From Bacteroidota bacterium (GTDB lineage: Bacteria; Bacteroidota; Ignavibacteria; UBA10030; SZUA-254): a stretch of DNA of 64,000 bases. This document shows, piece by piece, positions 45,924 to 56,659 of this stretch. The stretch is from the NCBI GenBank assembly GCA_035495255.1, contig DATJGD010000074.1, forward strand, positions 318 to 64,317. The letters run 5' to 3'. The notes under the pieces were generated by a model. The model was not told where the DNA came from. It did no database searches and saw only the letters and a list, made by a program, of their open reading frames with translations. Made by a program: the position numbers and the translations under genes. Numbering within the stretch: the first letter of the stretch is position 1; each line of letters starts with the position of its first letter.

Positions 45924-47408
45924 CTACTCGTTATCGATCTGTGCGCGCTGCAGGCCGCCGCTATAATCGACGTAAACGGTCTTCCATTCTGTGAAGAAGT
46001 CGAAGACCGTCCAGCCCCCTTCGCGATGGCCGTTGCCGGTCTGCTTGACCCCTCCGAACGGCATATGTGCTTCCGCGCCGATCGTCGGCGCGTTGATATA
46101 GGTAATTCCCGCCTTAACGTCGCGGATCGCTTTGAACGCGCTGTTAATGTTCGTGGTGTAGATTGAAGACGATAATCCGTAGATGGTATTATTCAGCACG
46201 TTAATACCTTCCTCGAGAGACTTAATCCTGATCACAGAAAGGACCGGCCCAAAGATCTCCTCTTTCGCGATCCGCATCTCAGGAGTGACATCCGAGAAGA
46301 TCGTCGGCTGGTAGAACCATCCCTTCCCTAAACCGTCTCCCGAACCCACGCTGCCCCCTGTTACGAGCTTCGCTCCCTCTTCCTGCCCGATCTGCACATA
46401 ACTGGCGACCGTCTTCCGCTGGTTTTCGTGAATGCACGGTCCGACGTCGGTTGTGGCAAGGAGTCCGTCGCCAAGGCGGAGTTTCTTTGTCCGATCGGTG
46501 AGCATCGACATGAACTTATCGAACGCCTTCTCGTGAAGCAGGAGACGGCTCGTCGCAGTGCAGCGTTGACCTGTCGTGCCGAACGCTCCCCACAATACGC
46601 CGTCGAGCGCGAGACTGAGGTCCGCGTCGTCCATAACGATCTGCGCGTTCTTTCCCCCAAGCTCGAGTGATACGCGCTTCAGGGTTTTGCTGGCAACTTC
46701 GGATATTTTGATCCCGACTCCGGTCGATCCGGTAAAGCTCACGAGATCGACATCCGGGTGTTCGACGATCGCCGTACCGACGTCGCTTCCGCCGCCGTGA
46801 ATGATATTGACCACGCCCTCAGGGATCCCCGCTTCCATGAGAATCTCTACAAGCATGGTTGCTGTTGCCGGAGTATCGTGCGCAGGCTTGAACACGACGG
46901 TATTCCCCGAGACAAGGGCAGGGAAAATTTTCCATGTCGGGATTGCCATGGGAAAATTCCAGGGCGTGATGATGCCGGCGACGCCGATCGGCACACGAAG
47001 CGCCATGTTAAACTTATTCGGCAGTTCCGACGGAACGGTCTTTCCGAAAAGCCGCCGCCCCTCGGAGGCGGCATAAAACGCCGTATCGATGCCTTCCTGG
47101 ACGTCGCCCCGTGTTTCGACGAGGACCTTCCCCATTTCCCGCGTCATCGTTCGGGCGATTTCTTCCTTTTTCGCCACCATGAGATCACCGACCTTCTTCA
47201 TGATATCGCCCCGCTTCGGCGCGGGCACGAGCCGCCATTTGTCGAACGCAGTCCGCGCGGCTTTTACCGCCGCAGTGACATCGTCTTTCGACGACTTCGG
47301 GAATGTCCCGACGACTTCTTCCCAGTTCGCGGGGTTGCGGTCTTCGAAGACCTGTCCCGATGCCGCATCGACCCATTTGCCATTGATAAAATTCTGATAT
47401 TTTCTCAT
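45924..47408 (-). CDS. NAD(P)-dependent aldehyde dehydrogenase
   Basis: 494 aa ALDH fold; catalytic regions ELGGKNAQIV and GQRCTATSRLL. Confidence 0.85.
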   Translation of the reverse strand: MRKYQNFINGKWVDAASGQVFEDRNPANWEEVVGTFPKSSKDDVTAAVKAARTAFDKWRLVPAPKRGDIMKKVGDLMVAKKEEIARTMTREMGKVLVETRGDVQEGIDTAFYAASEGRRLFGKTVPSELPNKFNMALRVPIGVAGIITPWNFPMAIPTWKIFPALVSGNTVVFKPAHDTPATATMLVEILMEAGIPEGVVNIIHGGGSDVGTAIVEHPDVDLVSFTGSTGVGIKISEVASKTLKRVSLELGGKNAQIVMDDADLSLALDGVLWGAFGTTGQRCTATSRLLLHEKAFDKFMSMLTDRTKKLRLGDGLLATTDVGPCIHENQRKTVASYVQIGQEEGAKLVTGGSVGSGDGLGKGWFYQPTIFSDVTPEMRIAKEEIFGPVLSVIRIKSLEEGINVLNNTIYGLSSSIYTTNINSAFKAIRDVKAGITYINAPTIGAEAHMPFGGVKQTGNGHREGGWTVFDFFTEWKTVYVDYSGGLQRAQIDNE

Positions 47409-47419
47409 TTCATTCTCCG

Positions 47420-48715
47420 TTAATTCAAACCTGCTTGTTCAAAGATATAGTCCACGTGTTTGATACTCTTTTCCAGATCGAACAACTCATCTATTTCGTC
47501 GGTTGGCAGATACGCGGCGATCGACCCGTCGCACTGCAAGAGCTGCTTAAAATCCTGTTTCGTTTGCCAAGACTGCATCGCATTGCGCTGGACGATGGCG
47601 TACGCTTCTTCCCGTTTCATTCCTTTTTTTGTAAGAGCAAGCAGCACTGACTGAGAAAACACAAGCCCGTGCGTCAGCTCCAGATTTTTCTTCATGTTTT
47701 CCGGATACACAAGGAGCTTATCGACAACATCGGTAAACGTCGCGATCATATAGTCCAGCAGTATGCAGCTGTCCGGAATGATGATGCGTTCCACCGACGA
47801 ATGCGTGATATCCCGTTCATGCCAGAGGGCGACGTTCTCGAGAGCCGCCTGGGCGTTTCCGCGCAGCACTCTCGCCAGTCCTGCGACGCGCTCGCAGGTA
47901 ATCGGGTTGCGCTTGTGCGGCATCGCCGATGAGCCCTTCTGCCCTTTTGAGAAAAACTCTTCCGCCTCGAGCACCTCGGTTTTTTGAAGATGGCGGATCT
48001 CGGTGGCAAATTGCTCGAGAGAACTGGCGATGACGGCGAGCGTCGTCATGAATTCAGCATGGATATCGCGCTGGAGAACCTGCGTCGACACCGGTGCAGC
48101 CTTTAAGCCAAGTTTTTCACAGACATACTTCTCGACGTACGGGTCAAGATGTTCATATGTCCCGACCGCGCCTGAAATCTGCCCGACCGAGATCGTGGCG
48201 ATGGCGTGCTGAAGGCGATCGATATTTCGTTTGTTTTCGTCGTACCAGAGGGCGAGCTTGAGCCCGAAGGTTGTCGGCTCGGCATGAATGCCGTGTGTCC
48301 TGCCGACCATGATCGTGCGTTTGAACTCTTTCGCTCTGCGGGCAAGGACATCGGAAAACTTGTTCAAATCTTTCAGAAGCAGCTCGCCTGATTGCTTCAT
48401 CTGGACTGCAAGTCCTGTATCCAGAACATCGGAAGATGTCATCCCGAGGTGAATGAACCGTGAGTCGGGGCCGACATATTCTCCCACGTTCGTGAGGAAC
48501 GCAATAACGTCGTGCTTTACTTCAGCCTCGATTTCTTCGATGCGCGCGGCGTCGAACTTCGCCCGCTGCCGGATCGTGAGAGCCGCCGTCTCGGGGATCG
48601 CTTTGAGCTCAGCCTGCGCTTCGCAGGCGAGGATTTCGATTTCGAGCCATGTGCGGAATTTGTTTTCTTCGGTCCAGATTGCGCCCATCGCCGGGCGCGT
48701 ATACCGTGGGATCAT
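47420..48715 (-). CDS. purB: adenylosuccinate lyase
   Basis: [37 protein letters not shown]; fumarate-lyase signature [11 protein letters not shown]. Confidence 0.92.
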   Translation of the reverse strand: MIPRYTRPAMGAIWTEENKFRTWLEIEILACEAQAELKAIPETAALTIRQRAKFDAARIEEIEAEVKHDVIAFLTNVGEYVGPDSRFIHLGMTSSDVLDTGLAVQMKQSGELLLKDLNKFSDVLARRAKEFKRTIMVGRTHGIHAEPTTFGLKLALWYDENKRNIDRLQHAIATISVGQISGAVGTYEHLDPYVEKYVCEKLGLKAAPVSTQVLQRDIHAEFMTTLAVIASSLEQFATEIRHLQKTEVLEAEEFFSKGQKGSSAMPHKRNPITCERVAGLARVLRGNAQAALENVALWHERDITHSSVERIIIPDSCILLDYMIATFTDVVDKLLVYPENMKKNLELTHGLVFSQSVLLALTKKGMKREEAYAIVQRNAMQSWQTKQDFKQLLQCDGSIAAYLPTDEIDELFDLEKSIKHVDYIFEQAGLN

Positions 48716-49950
48716 GAAGGGCCGCGTTCGAGTCGTAGTTCGAGATTCATCGGCTTTTTCTCGCGGAGGATTTTCATTTTCAGGAGGGTGCCTTCGGAGG
48801 ATTCGACGACCATACCGATGAGCGTATCATCGTCGTTGACCTTTTCACCATTCACCTCGAGGATGATATCGCCTACTTTAAATCCTGCCTTCTGAGCGGG
48901 GCTTGCCCGTTTCACGTCGCTGACAATGACACCTTCGACCTGATCGAGACCGAAGTAGCGCGCGACACGCCGGTCGACCGTCTGAATTTCCAGCCCGGTC
49001 CAGAGATTGCGTTCGATCTTTCCGGTTTTCTTAAGCTCGGAAAGGACGCCTTTAACTCTGTTGATCGGTATCGCAAATCCGAGACCGATGCTTCCCTGGT
49101 TCGGCGTAAAGATAACGGCATTGACACCGATAACTTCGCCAAGAGAATTCAGCAGAGGCCCGCCGCTGTTCCCTGAATTGATCGCGGCGTCCGTCTGTAT
49201 CATGTTTCTGTAATAGCGCCCCCCTTCGGCATTGAGGTTCATGCCCGTCGCGCTCACGACGCCCACGGTTACTGTGGGCTTATCGCTGATCTCGAACAAT
49301 CCGAAGGGATTTCCCATCGCGATGACCCACTCGCCGATGAGCACGTCATCGGAGTTACCGAGCTTGATAAAAGGAAGATCTTTGCCATCGATTTTCAATA
49401 ATGAAATGTCCGACACCATATCGGTACCAACGAGCTTCGCGGTATATTTTCCCTTGTTCGTCAGGGTTATAGTAATTTCTTTCGCATTGCCGGCGACGTG
49501 ATCGTTGGTGAGAATGTAGCCGTCCGCGGAAATGAGAAATCCTGATCCGAGCCCTTTGACCTCCTGGCGATAGGTTTTGTTGCCGAAGTATTGACGGAAG
49601 AAGGGATCGTTGCCGAAGAATTGGGAGAATGGATCCTGGTATTGATATTCGCGAACTTCGGTAACGTTGATGCCAACCACTGCAGGGCTGGCAACCGCAA
49701 CTGCCCGCGTTATCGCGTTGTGGCGCTGGCCTGAAATTTTTTCGTTGACGCTGTCGCGGGATGCTGTCTGAAATACGGGGGGTGTGGATTCATCGTCGCT
49801 CGATTGGTCGACACGATGTACGGCGGCCGTAGCGTGATGGCCTACCCTATATCCGGATAAAAATCCCGCAAGAAACGGTATCGAGATGATCGCCAGCAGT
49901 ATAAATAGCTTCTTGGGCATAGTGTTTTGCTCCTTCCCCTTTCTCAACAC
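48712..49950 (-). CDS. HtrA/DegP-family serine endopeptidase (trypsin domain + PDZ)
   Basis: signal/anchor; His-box ILTNDHV, Ser-box GNSGGPL, C-terminal PDZ ([12 protein letters not shown]). Confidence 0.85.
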   Translation of the reverse strand: MLRKGKEQNTMPKKLFILLAIISIPFLAGFLSGYRVGHHATAAVHRVDQSSDDESTPPVFQTASRDSVNEKISGQRHNAITRAVAVASPAVVGINVTEVREYQYQDPFSQFFGNDPFFRQYFGNKTYRQEVKGLGSGFLISADGYILTNDHVAGNAKEITITLTNKGKYTAKLVGTDMVSDISLLKIDGKDLPFIKLGNSDDVLIGEWVIAMGNPFGLFEISDKPTVTVGVVSATGMNLNAEGGRYYRNMIQTDAAINSGNSGGPLLNSLGEVIGVNAVIFTPNQGSIGLGFAIPINRVKGVLSELKKTGKIERNLWTGLEIQTVDRRVARYFGLDQVEGVIVSDVKRASPAQKAGFKVGDIILEVNGEKVNDDDTLIGMVVESSEGTLLKMKILREKKPMNLELRLERGPS

Positions 49951-49955
49951 TCAGG

Positions 49956-50912
49956 CTATTTCTTGCGTTTCAATACCGCGCGCGCTGCTTTGACGATATC
50001 GTCTTTGGCGATCCCGTATTTCTTCATGAGCTCGTCTCCCTTGCCCGATTCCCCGTACGTGTCGTTGACGGCGACGGACTCGAGCGGCGCGGGTGAATGC
50101 CATGCAAGCACCTCTGCGACGGCGCCTGCGAGGCCCGCATGCTTCTGATGATCTTCGGCCGTGACGATTGCGCCAGTTTCCCTGGCGGCTTTGATAACGA
50201 TGTCGTTATCGAGAGGCTTGATCGTGTGCATGTTGATGAGGCGAACGCTGATGCCTTCGGCAGCGAGCACTTCCTCGGCCAGCACCGCTTCCCATACCTG
50301 CAGTCCGCAAGAAATAATCGTAACGTCCTTGCCGTCGATGAGAGTATCTGCTTTGCCGAATTCGAATTTGGCGTTTGCGTCGGTGAAGACCGGGGTGTTA
50401 TCGCGGAAGAAACGGATGTATATCGGATGATTCCATTGAATGGAAGCATGGATCATTTTCTTGGTCTGATTGTAATCGCATGGCGTCGCTACGGTCATAT
50501 GCGGAAGAACGCGCATGATCGCAAGATCTTCGAGCGATTGATGCGTCGCACCATCGGGACCGACGGTGATGCCGCAGTGCGAAGCGCAGATTTTTACCGG
50601 CAACCTGCTGTACGCGACCGACTGGCGGATCTGATCGAACGGACGGCCGACGGCAAATTCGCCGTACGTCGACGCGAACGGAATTTTTCCTGCAACGGCA
50701 AATCCGGCTGCGGTTCCGATCATATCCTGTTCAGCTACTCCGACTGAGAAAAACCGGTCGGGAAACGCTTTCATGAAGAGATCGGTGCGCACGGAACCGG
50801 TTACGTCTCCCCCGAGAACGACAACGTTGGGGTTTACTTTACCGAGCTCGACGAGAGCTTCTCCGAATCCGAGGCGGGTGGCTTTGAGTTCTTTAGTTTG
50901 AAGTTTAGGCAT
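49956..50912 (-). CDS. transketolase, C-terminal (pyrimidine-binding) subunit
   Basis: 318 aa matching the transketolase PYR and C-terminal domains; adjacent to the N-terminal-subunit gene. Confidence 0.85.
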   Translation of the reverse strand: MPKLQTKELKATRLGFGEALVELGKVNPNVVVLGGDVTGSVRTDLFMKAFPDRFFSVGVAEQDMIGTAAGFAVAGKIPFASTYGEFAVGRPFDQIRQSVAYSRLPVKICASHCGITVGPDGATHQSLEDLAIMRVLPHMTVATPCDYNQTKKMIHASIQWNHPIYIRFFRDNTPVFTDANAKFEFGKADTLIDGKDVTIISCGLQVWEAVLAEEVLAAEGISVRLINMHTIKPLDNDIVIKAARETGAIVTAEDHQKHAGLAGAVAEVLAWHSPAPLESVAVNDTYGESGKGDELMKKYGIAKDDIVKAARAVLKRKK

Positions 50913-50993
50913 AGATGAATTTCAGGTTTTAGGTTTCTATAAGATTGCAGCATTCACTAACCGGCAGTACGTTGCCGGATCGCAGATACCGAA

Positions 50994-51893
50994 TTACTTC
51001 GCTCCTGCTTCGACCGGCTCTCTTTCCCAGGCAAACTCAATAAAATCTCCGTACTTCGTCGGGGCGAGCTCACTTAGCGCCTGCTTGCCCTGCTCGTCGT
51101 TCGGCGGAACGCCGTGCCATTTGTAATCATCTTCCATGAATGAAACGCCCTTACCCATGAAGGTCTGGGCAATGATCACAGACGGCTTGCCCTTCAGCTG
51201 CTGGGCTTGCTGAATGGTTTTCAGGAACTGGTCAATGTCGTTGCCGTTGCATTCGAGGACATTCCAGCCGAAAGACTTCCATTTATCGGCGAGCGGTTCG
51301 AGCTCCATCACCTTGTCGGTGCGGTTGTCGATCTGGCAATGATTGCGGTCTACGATTGCGATAAGGTTATCAACCTTATGATGGCCAGCCGTCATCATCG
51401 CTTCCCATACCTGTCCTTCATCAAGTTCTCCGTCGCCGTGCAGTACATACACGCGATTCGGCTTTTTGTCCAGCGTAAGCGCAAGCGCGCAGCCGACGCC
51501 AACAGACAAACCCTGCCCTAACGCTCCGGAAGCGATTTCGACGCCCGGAACGCCGTGCGTGTACGCGGGCGCGGGATGCCCCTGCAAACGTCCGTTCATT
51601 TTTCTCAGCGTGTCCAGTTCCTTTGTGGGAATATATCCCCGGCGGGCCAGCGTCGCATACCATACCGGGCACAAGTGCCCGGCAGAGAGGAAGAAATAAT
51701 CTCTCTCGGGCATCGTCGGCTTCTCATGATCGATGTTCATGATGCTAAAGTAGAGGCTTGCAAAAATATCGGCAAGGCCGAGCGGGCCTCCTGAGTGACC
51801 CGACTTCGAGATCATCAGCATCTTGATGATGTCGCGCCGGATCTGGCGGGCGATTTCGTTTAATTCAGATACGTCGGATGTTCGCATTGTCAT
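50994..51893 (-). CDS. transketolase, N-terminal (TPP-binding) subunit
   Basis: SKSGHSGGPLGLADIF and GDGELDEGQVWEA TPP-binding motifs. Confidence 0.85.
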   Translation of the reverse strand: MTMRTSDVSELNEIARQIRRDIIKMLMISKSGHSGGPLGLADIFASLYFSIMNIDHEKPTMPERDYFFLSAGHLCPVWYATLARRGYIPTKELDTLRKMNGRLQGHPAPAYTHGVPGVEIASGALGQGLSVGVGCALALTLDKKPNRVYVLHGDGELDEGQVWEAMMTAGHHKVDNLIAIVDRNHCQIDNRTDKVMELEPLADKWKSFGWNVLECNGNDIDQFLKTIQQAQQLKGKPSVIIAQTFMGKGVSFMEDDYKWHGVPPNDEQGKQALSELAPTKYGDFIEFAWEREPVEAGAK

Positions 51894-52516
51894 TAAGAAG
51901 AAATGTTCGTGATAGAATCTTTCAGCGTCGCAAGATAATCGTGGTGCCGGACAACGATCAGCAGGCAGACGAAAATAACCAGGTATTGAAAATTTGTGCT
52001 GTCAGAAATCGGCGGAAGCGTCGTTCTCCAGAGCTGGTCGGAAGTCGTAATCAAAATCACGGGACCGATGATGCTTGCGGTGATGTTCGCGAGATGGATG
52101 TCTTTGTCCAGCAAGTAGACGATCGCCCACGGCACAATCCAGATAATAACAAAGACCCAGCCAAAATATAAGATAACCCCCAACGCAGTCGCGAGACCTC
52201 GTCCTCCCCGGAACCTCAGCCACGCGGAATAGCTATGGCCGAATATTGCTCCAAGGCCTGCCATCCCCGTAACCCAAAATTCGCTGCCCATGACGACAGA
52301 GGCGGCGTACACCGCGAGAACTCCTTTTAACAGATCGATGATTAATACGGAGACGCCAAGGAACGTTGAGCCGCTCACTTCGAAGGTGTTCATTGCCCCT
52401 ACATTTCCGCTGCCTGCGTGGCGAATATCAACGCGCGACTTCCATTTCACCAGGAGGTAGGCCGTCGGAAATGAACCGACAAGGTAACCGATCAGGAAAC
52501 TCAGAAAATACTGCAT
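51893..52516 (-). CDS. plsY: glycerol-3-phosphate acyltransferase PlsY
   Basis: MQYFLSFLIGYLVGSFPTAYLLVK..HAGSGNVGAMN. Confidence 0.9.
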   Translation of the reverse strand: MQYFLSFLIGYLVGSFPTAYLLVKWKSRVDIRHAGSGNVGAMNTFEVSGSTFLGVSVLIIDLLKGVLAVYAASVVMGSEFWVTGMAGLGAIFGHSYSAWLRFRGGRGLATALGVILYFGWVFVIIWIVPWAIVYLLDKDIHLANITASIIGPVILITTSDQLWRTTLPPISDSTNFQYLVIFVCLLIVVRHHDYLATLKDSITNISS

Positions 52517-52663
52517 CTGGTTATCAGTTGAAAGCAGTCACAAAATACGAAAAATGGGGTAAACAATCAACCATCCTTGAGTCTCCATTCTTGCTTCTCC
52601 ATCGAAAAACGGTTATATTTTTGTCGCATTTGAGCCTGCCTCAAGAGCAAAACTCATTCATTC

Positions 52664-53416
52664 ATGACGAAAGACGAACTCAAGCATCTTCTCCAGCAAT
52701 ACAAGCGCGGCAAAATCTCCGAACAGGAGATCGTCCATGCGTTGAGCGTGCCTGCGTACGAGAAACTTGATTTCGCGACGATCGATCATCACCGTCAGCT
52801 GCGTCAGGGCTTTCCGGAAGTCATACTGTGCCAGGGAAAAACGCCTCAGCAAACCGGAGAGATTGCGGCAAGGATCGCCAAACATAAACTCCCGCTTCTG
52901 GCGACCCGGGCGGCAAAAGAGCATTTTCAGTCTGTGAAGAAGAAGGTACCGAAGGCCCGGTACCATGAGCTGGCCCGCACTATTACGGCGTTCGAACCAG
53001 CTAAGCCAAATAAGAAACTCGGCACTATCCTTGTGATCACTGCCGGAACTGCGGATATTCCGGTTGCGGAGGAAGCGGCAATTACCGCATCCATGTTCGG
53101 CAATCCTGTGGAACGGCTCTTTGACGTTGGGGTTGCGGGCATTCACCGGCTTTTGTCCCAAAGCAGGAAGCTCATCGAAGCGAGTGTCATCATTGTAGTT
53201 GCGGGAATGGAAGGGGCACTGCCAAGCGTGGTCGGCGGACTTGTCGACGTCCCTGTGATCGCGGTCCCCACTTCGATCGGATATGGCGCGAGCTTTGGCG
53301 GCATTACCGCGCTCCTTGCAATGCTCAACTCTTGCGCCAGCGGAATCACTGTCGTTAATATCGATAACGGGTTCGGGGCAGGATTTGCCGCGAGCCTGAT
53401 GAACAAGAATACATAA
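52664..53416 (+). CDS. larB: nickel-pincer cofactor biosynthesis protein LarB (PurE-like carboxylase)
   Basis: N-terminal ~110 aa extension plus PurE-like GTILVITAGTADIPVAEEA..VVAGMEGALPSVVGG. Confidence 0.7.
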   Translation: MTKDELKHLLQQYKRGKISEQEIVHALSVPAYEKLDFATIDHHRQLRQGFPEVILCQGKTPQQTGEIAARIAKHKLPLLATRAAKEHFQSVKKKVPKARYHELARTITAFEPAKPNKKLGTILVITAGTADIPVAEEAAITASMFGNPVERLFDVGVAGIHRLLSQSRKLIEASVIIVVAGMEGALPSVVGGLVDVPVIAVPTSIGYGASFGGITALLAMLNSCASGITVVNIDNGFGAGFAASLMNKNT

Positions 53417-53427
53417 CAAGAAAAACT

Positions 53428-54816
53428 ATGCTGACTGATCTTAAGAAAATAACCTACTACGAAAATATCCTCGGCACCCTCGGCAATACGCCGCTTATAA
53501 AGCTCAATAAGATTACGCGCGGGTTCAAGGGGCATTACTTTGTTAAAATGGAGACCTTTAATCCCGGCGGTTCCGTCAAGGACAGAATCGGCATCGAGAT
53601 CATTGAAGAAGCAGAGCAGGAAGGGAGACTGCGTCCCGGCGGCACGATCGTGGAAGCGACATCGGGCAATACCGGGATGGGACTTGCGATCGCCGCTGCC
53701 ATCAAAGGATACAAATGTGTCTTTACGCTTCCCGACAAGATGAGCATCGAGAAGATTCGATTGTTGAAAGCGTTCGGCGCCGAGGTCATCGTTACCCCGA
53801 CGGCCGTGCCGCACGACTCGCCTGAAAGCTATACTGAAGTCGCGAAACGTGTCGTTCGTGAGACACCGAATTCCATCCTCGCGAACCAGTATTTCAATCC
53901 GAAAAACCCCGAATCGCATGTTAAAACGACCGGCCCCGAAATATGGAATCAGACCGGCGGCCAGCTCGATTATTTTGTCTGCGGCGTAGGGACCGGCGGC
54001 ACGATCTCCGGCGTAGGAAAGTATCTCAAAGAACAGAATCCCAAAGTTAAGATTGTCGGAATCGATCCGAAAGGCTCGGTACTCAAGGAATATTTCTACA
54101 CGAAGAAATTTAGCCCGGTATTGAAGACCTATAAGGTCGAAGGAATCGGACAGGACTGGCTCCCGGGCACTCTGAACTTCGACGTCATCGACGACATGGT
54201 GGAAGCGAATGACAAAGAGTCGTTTCTGATGGCGCGGCGGCTGACCCGCGAAGAAGGGCTCTTCGTCGGAGGTTCAGGCGGTACTGCAATGGCAGGCGCG
54301 CTGAAGTATGCAGACCGGATGCAAGATAACGACATCATGGTCATTCTGCTGCCCGATACCGGAGAACGATACCTGAGCAAAGTGTATAATGACGACTGGA
54401 TGCGTGAAAACGGGTTCCTGATTCCTGACCGCGTGACAGTTCGTTACGTACTCCAGAGCAAATCAAAGAACGTCCCACAGCTTGTGGTCGTCGATACGAC
54501 AACAACGGTGCGCAAGGCGCTCGACCTGTTGAAAGAGCACGATGTGTCTCAGCTTCCGGTCATTGACAAGGGAAAGCCAGTCGGCACAATCATCGACAAC
54601 GATCTGCTTTCGGCGGTACTCGAAGACAATAAGAAACTCGATGCTCCGGTGAAAGAGCTCATGAAGCCCTCCTACCCTATTCTCGGGGCGGCCGCGCCGA
54701 TCGAGCACGCGATCGACTTCTTAAAGAAGAAAGATTCTGCAGTGCTCATCGAAGAAGATCATCATATCGTGGGAATACTGACGCGGTATGATGTGATTGA
54801 GTATATGGCGAGGTAA
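53428..54816 (+). CDS. cystathionine beta-synthase (fold-type II PLP domain + CBS pair)
   Basis: PLP-lysine motif NPGGSVKDRIG, glycine loop GVGTGGTISG, C-terminal tandem CBS domains. Confidence 0.8.
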   Translation: MLTDLKKITYYENILGTLGNTPLIKLNKITRGFKGHYFVKMETFNPGGSVKDRIGIEIIEEAEQEGRLRPGGTIVEATSGNTGMGLAIAAAIKGYKCVFTLPDKMSIEKIRLLKAFGAEVIVTPTAVPHDSPESYTEVAKRVVRETPNSILANQYFNPKNPESHVKTTGPEIWNQTGGQLDYFVCGVGTGGTISGVGKYLKEQNPKVKIVGIDPKGSVLKEYFYTKKFSPVLKTYKVEGIGQDWLPGTLNFDVIDDMVEANDKESFLMARRLTREEGLFVGGSGGTAMAGALKYADRMQDNDIMVILLPDTGERYLSKVYNDDWMRENGFLIPDRVTVRYVLQSKSKNVPQLVVVDTTTTVRKALDLLKEHDVSQLPVIDKGKPVGTIIDNDLLSAVLEDNKKLDAPVKELMKPSYPILGAAAPIEHAIDFLKKKDSAVLIEEDHHIVGILTRYDVIEYMAR

Positions 54817-54851
54817 CAACTCAACTCATTTTCACTCAACTACCAGACAAT

Positions 54852-55985
54852 ATGAAATTCTCAACCAAAGCAATCCACGCAGGCCAAAAGCCTGATCCCG
54901 TAAGCGGCGCAGTAATGACGCCGGTCTATTTAACGTCAACGTATGTCCAGCAGGAACTGGGAAAGAACAAAGGCTACGAATACTCCCGCGTCAATAACCC
55001 GACGCGTGACGCGCTCGAAGCGAACATTGCCGCGCTTGAAAACGGAAAGCACGGGATGGCGTTCGGCTCGGGCATGGCTGCGATCGACGCCATCTTCCGC
55101 CTCCTCAAACCGGGCGACCACGTCCTTGTCTCTCACAATGTCTACGGCGGGACTTATAGGATCGGCAAGATGGTGTGGGAAGATTTCGGATTGCAGTTCG
55201 ATTTCGTCGATACGACGGACATTCCGCTGGTGAAGAAGTCGTTGAAGAAGAACACGAAGATGATCTTCATCGAAACACCTACCAATCCTACGATGGAGGT
55301 GACGGATCTCCATGCGATCGCGAAGATTGCGTGGGAACATCGCCTGCTTTCGGTCTGCGATAACACGTTTGCGACTCCGTATCTTCAGCAGCCTCTGAAT
55401 CACGGCATCGATATCGTGGTTCACAGCCTCACGAAGTATCTCAACGGACACAGCGACATGCTGGGCGGGATGGTTGTCACCAACAGCGCAAAGACTGAAG
55501 AGCGGCTCCGCTTCTTCCAGAAGGCGACAGGCGGCATCCTGAGCCCGTTCGACGCATGGCTCTGCTTGCGCGGGACAAAGACGCTCGCGGTCCGGATGGA
55601 ACGTCACGGAAAGAGCGCAATGCTCATCGCCAAATGGCTCAATAAGCATCGCAAGGTTTCCAAGGTCTATTATCCCGGCCTCGCCTCGCATCCGCAGCAC
55701 GCGCTTGCAAAACGCGAAATGAAAAACTTTGGCGGCATGATCTCGTTCGATCTCGGCAGCCTCTCCAATGCCAGGAAATTTCTCAAACGCGTAAAGCTTT
55801 GCGCTCTGGCCGAGAGCCTGGGCGGCGTCGAGTCGCTGATCTCTCATCCTGTCACGATGACGCACGCGTCGATCCCCCCCGACCAGCGCCAGAAGATCGG
55901 CGTAACGGACGGATTGGTGAGACTTTCCGTCGGACTGGAAGACGTCGAGGATATTATCGCGGATTTGAAGCAGGCGCTGCGGTAG
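54852..55985 (+). CDS. cystathionine gamma-lyase/gamma-synthase family (Cys/Met PLP-dependent)
   Basis: MKFSTKAIHAGQKPDP..; PLP-Lys region HSLTKYLNGHSDMLGG. Confidence 0.8.
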   Translation: MKFSTKAIHAGQKPDPVSGAVMTPVYLTSTYVQQELGKNKGYEYSRVNNPTRDALEANIAALENGKHGMAFGSGMAAIDAIFRLLKPGDHVLVSHNVYGGTYRIGKMVWEDFGLQFDFVDTTDIPLVKKSLKKNTKMIFIETPTNPTMEVTDLHAIAKIAWEHRLLSVCDNTFATPYLQQPLNHGIDIVVHSLTKYLNGHSDMLGGMVVTNSAKTEERLRFFQKATGGILSPFDAWLCLRGTKTLAVRMERHGKSAMLIAKWLNKHRKVSKVYYPGLASHPQHALAKREMKNFGGMISFDLGSLSNARKFLKRVKLCALAESLGGVESLISHPVTMTHASIPPDQRQKIGVTDGLVRLSVGLEDVEDIIADLKQALR

Positions 55986-56101
55986 AAAGTTGTTGGAATG
56001 AGTTTTTTTCCTTACATTCTAACCGTCTTTTTTCTGCGCCGCGTACGCGCAGGCATTTAAAAACAGCATATCAACAGGTTCCCTTTCCGGGATTTTTAGT
56101 A

Positions 56102-56572
56102 ATGAAAATCAGCGACATCCTTGAAGAAAAGCTCGTCGTTACCCAGCTTCAGGGCAACTCCAAAGACGACATCATCAACTCGATGGTCAACCTTGTCGGC
56201 CAGTCGTCCAAAGTCCTCGACAAAGAAAAAGTGCGCGCGGCAATTTTCGAACGCGAAAAGATTATGTCGACAGGCGTCGGCAACGGATTTGCGATCCCGC
56301 ACGGCAAAACCGACGCAGTTACCGACATCGTTGCCGCATTCGGTATTACCAAAGAGCCGATCAATTATCAGTCGCTCGACGAAAAGCCCGTACGCCTCGT
56401 CTTCCTCCTCGTCGGCAAAGATAACCTTGTCGGCCCGCATATTAAACTTTTGAGCCGGATCTCGCGCCTGATGAATAAAGAAGAGTTCCGCACAAAGCTT
56501 ATCGGGCTTGAAACCCCGAAAGAAGTGATCGATTCGTTCAAGCAAGAGGAAGCATCCTACTTCGATATGTAA
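56102..56572 (+). CDS. ptsN: PTS EIIA-Ntr-type protein (PtsN-like)
   Basis: 156 aa; phospho-His motif FAIPHGKTDAV; start MKISDIL at 56102 (the longer ORF-track extension is spurious). Confidence 0.75.
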   Translation: MKISDILEEKLVVTQLQGNSKDDIINSMVNLVGQSSKVLDKEKVRAAIFEREKIMSTGVGNGFAIPHGKTDAVTDIVAAFGITKEPINYQSLDEKPVRLVFLLVGKDNLVGPHIKLLSRISRLMNKEEFRTKLIGLETPKEVIDSFKQEEASYFDM

Positions 56573-56659
56573 ATAATTGCGGTCGCCGCGATTATAGCAA
56601 CTTGTACCCTATCACCATGTTCCAACCCCGTAGCGTAGAATAGTGGAACCGGAGTCTCA

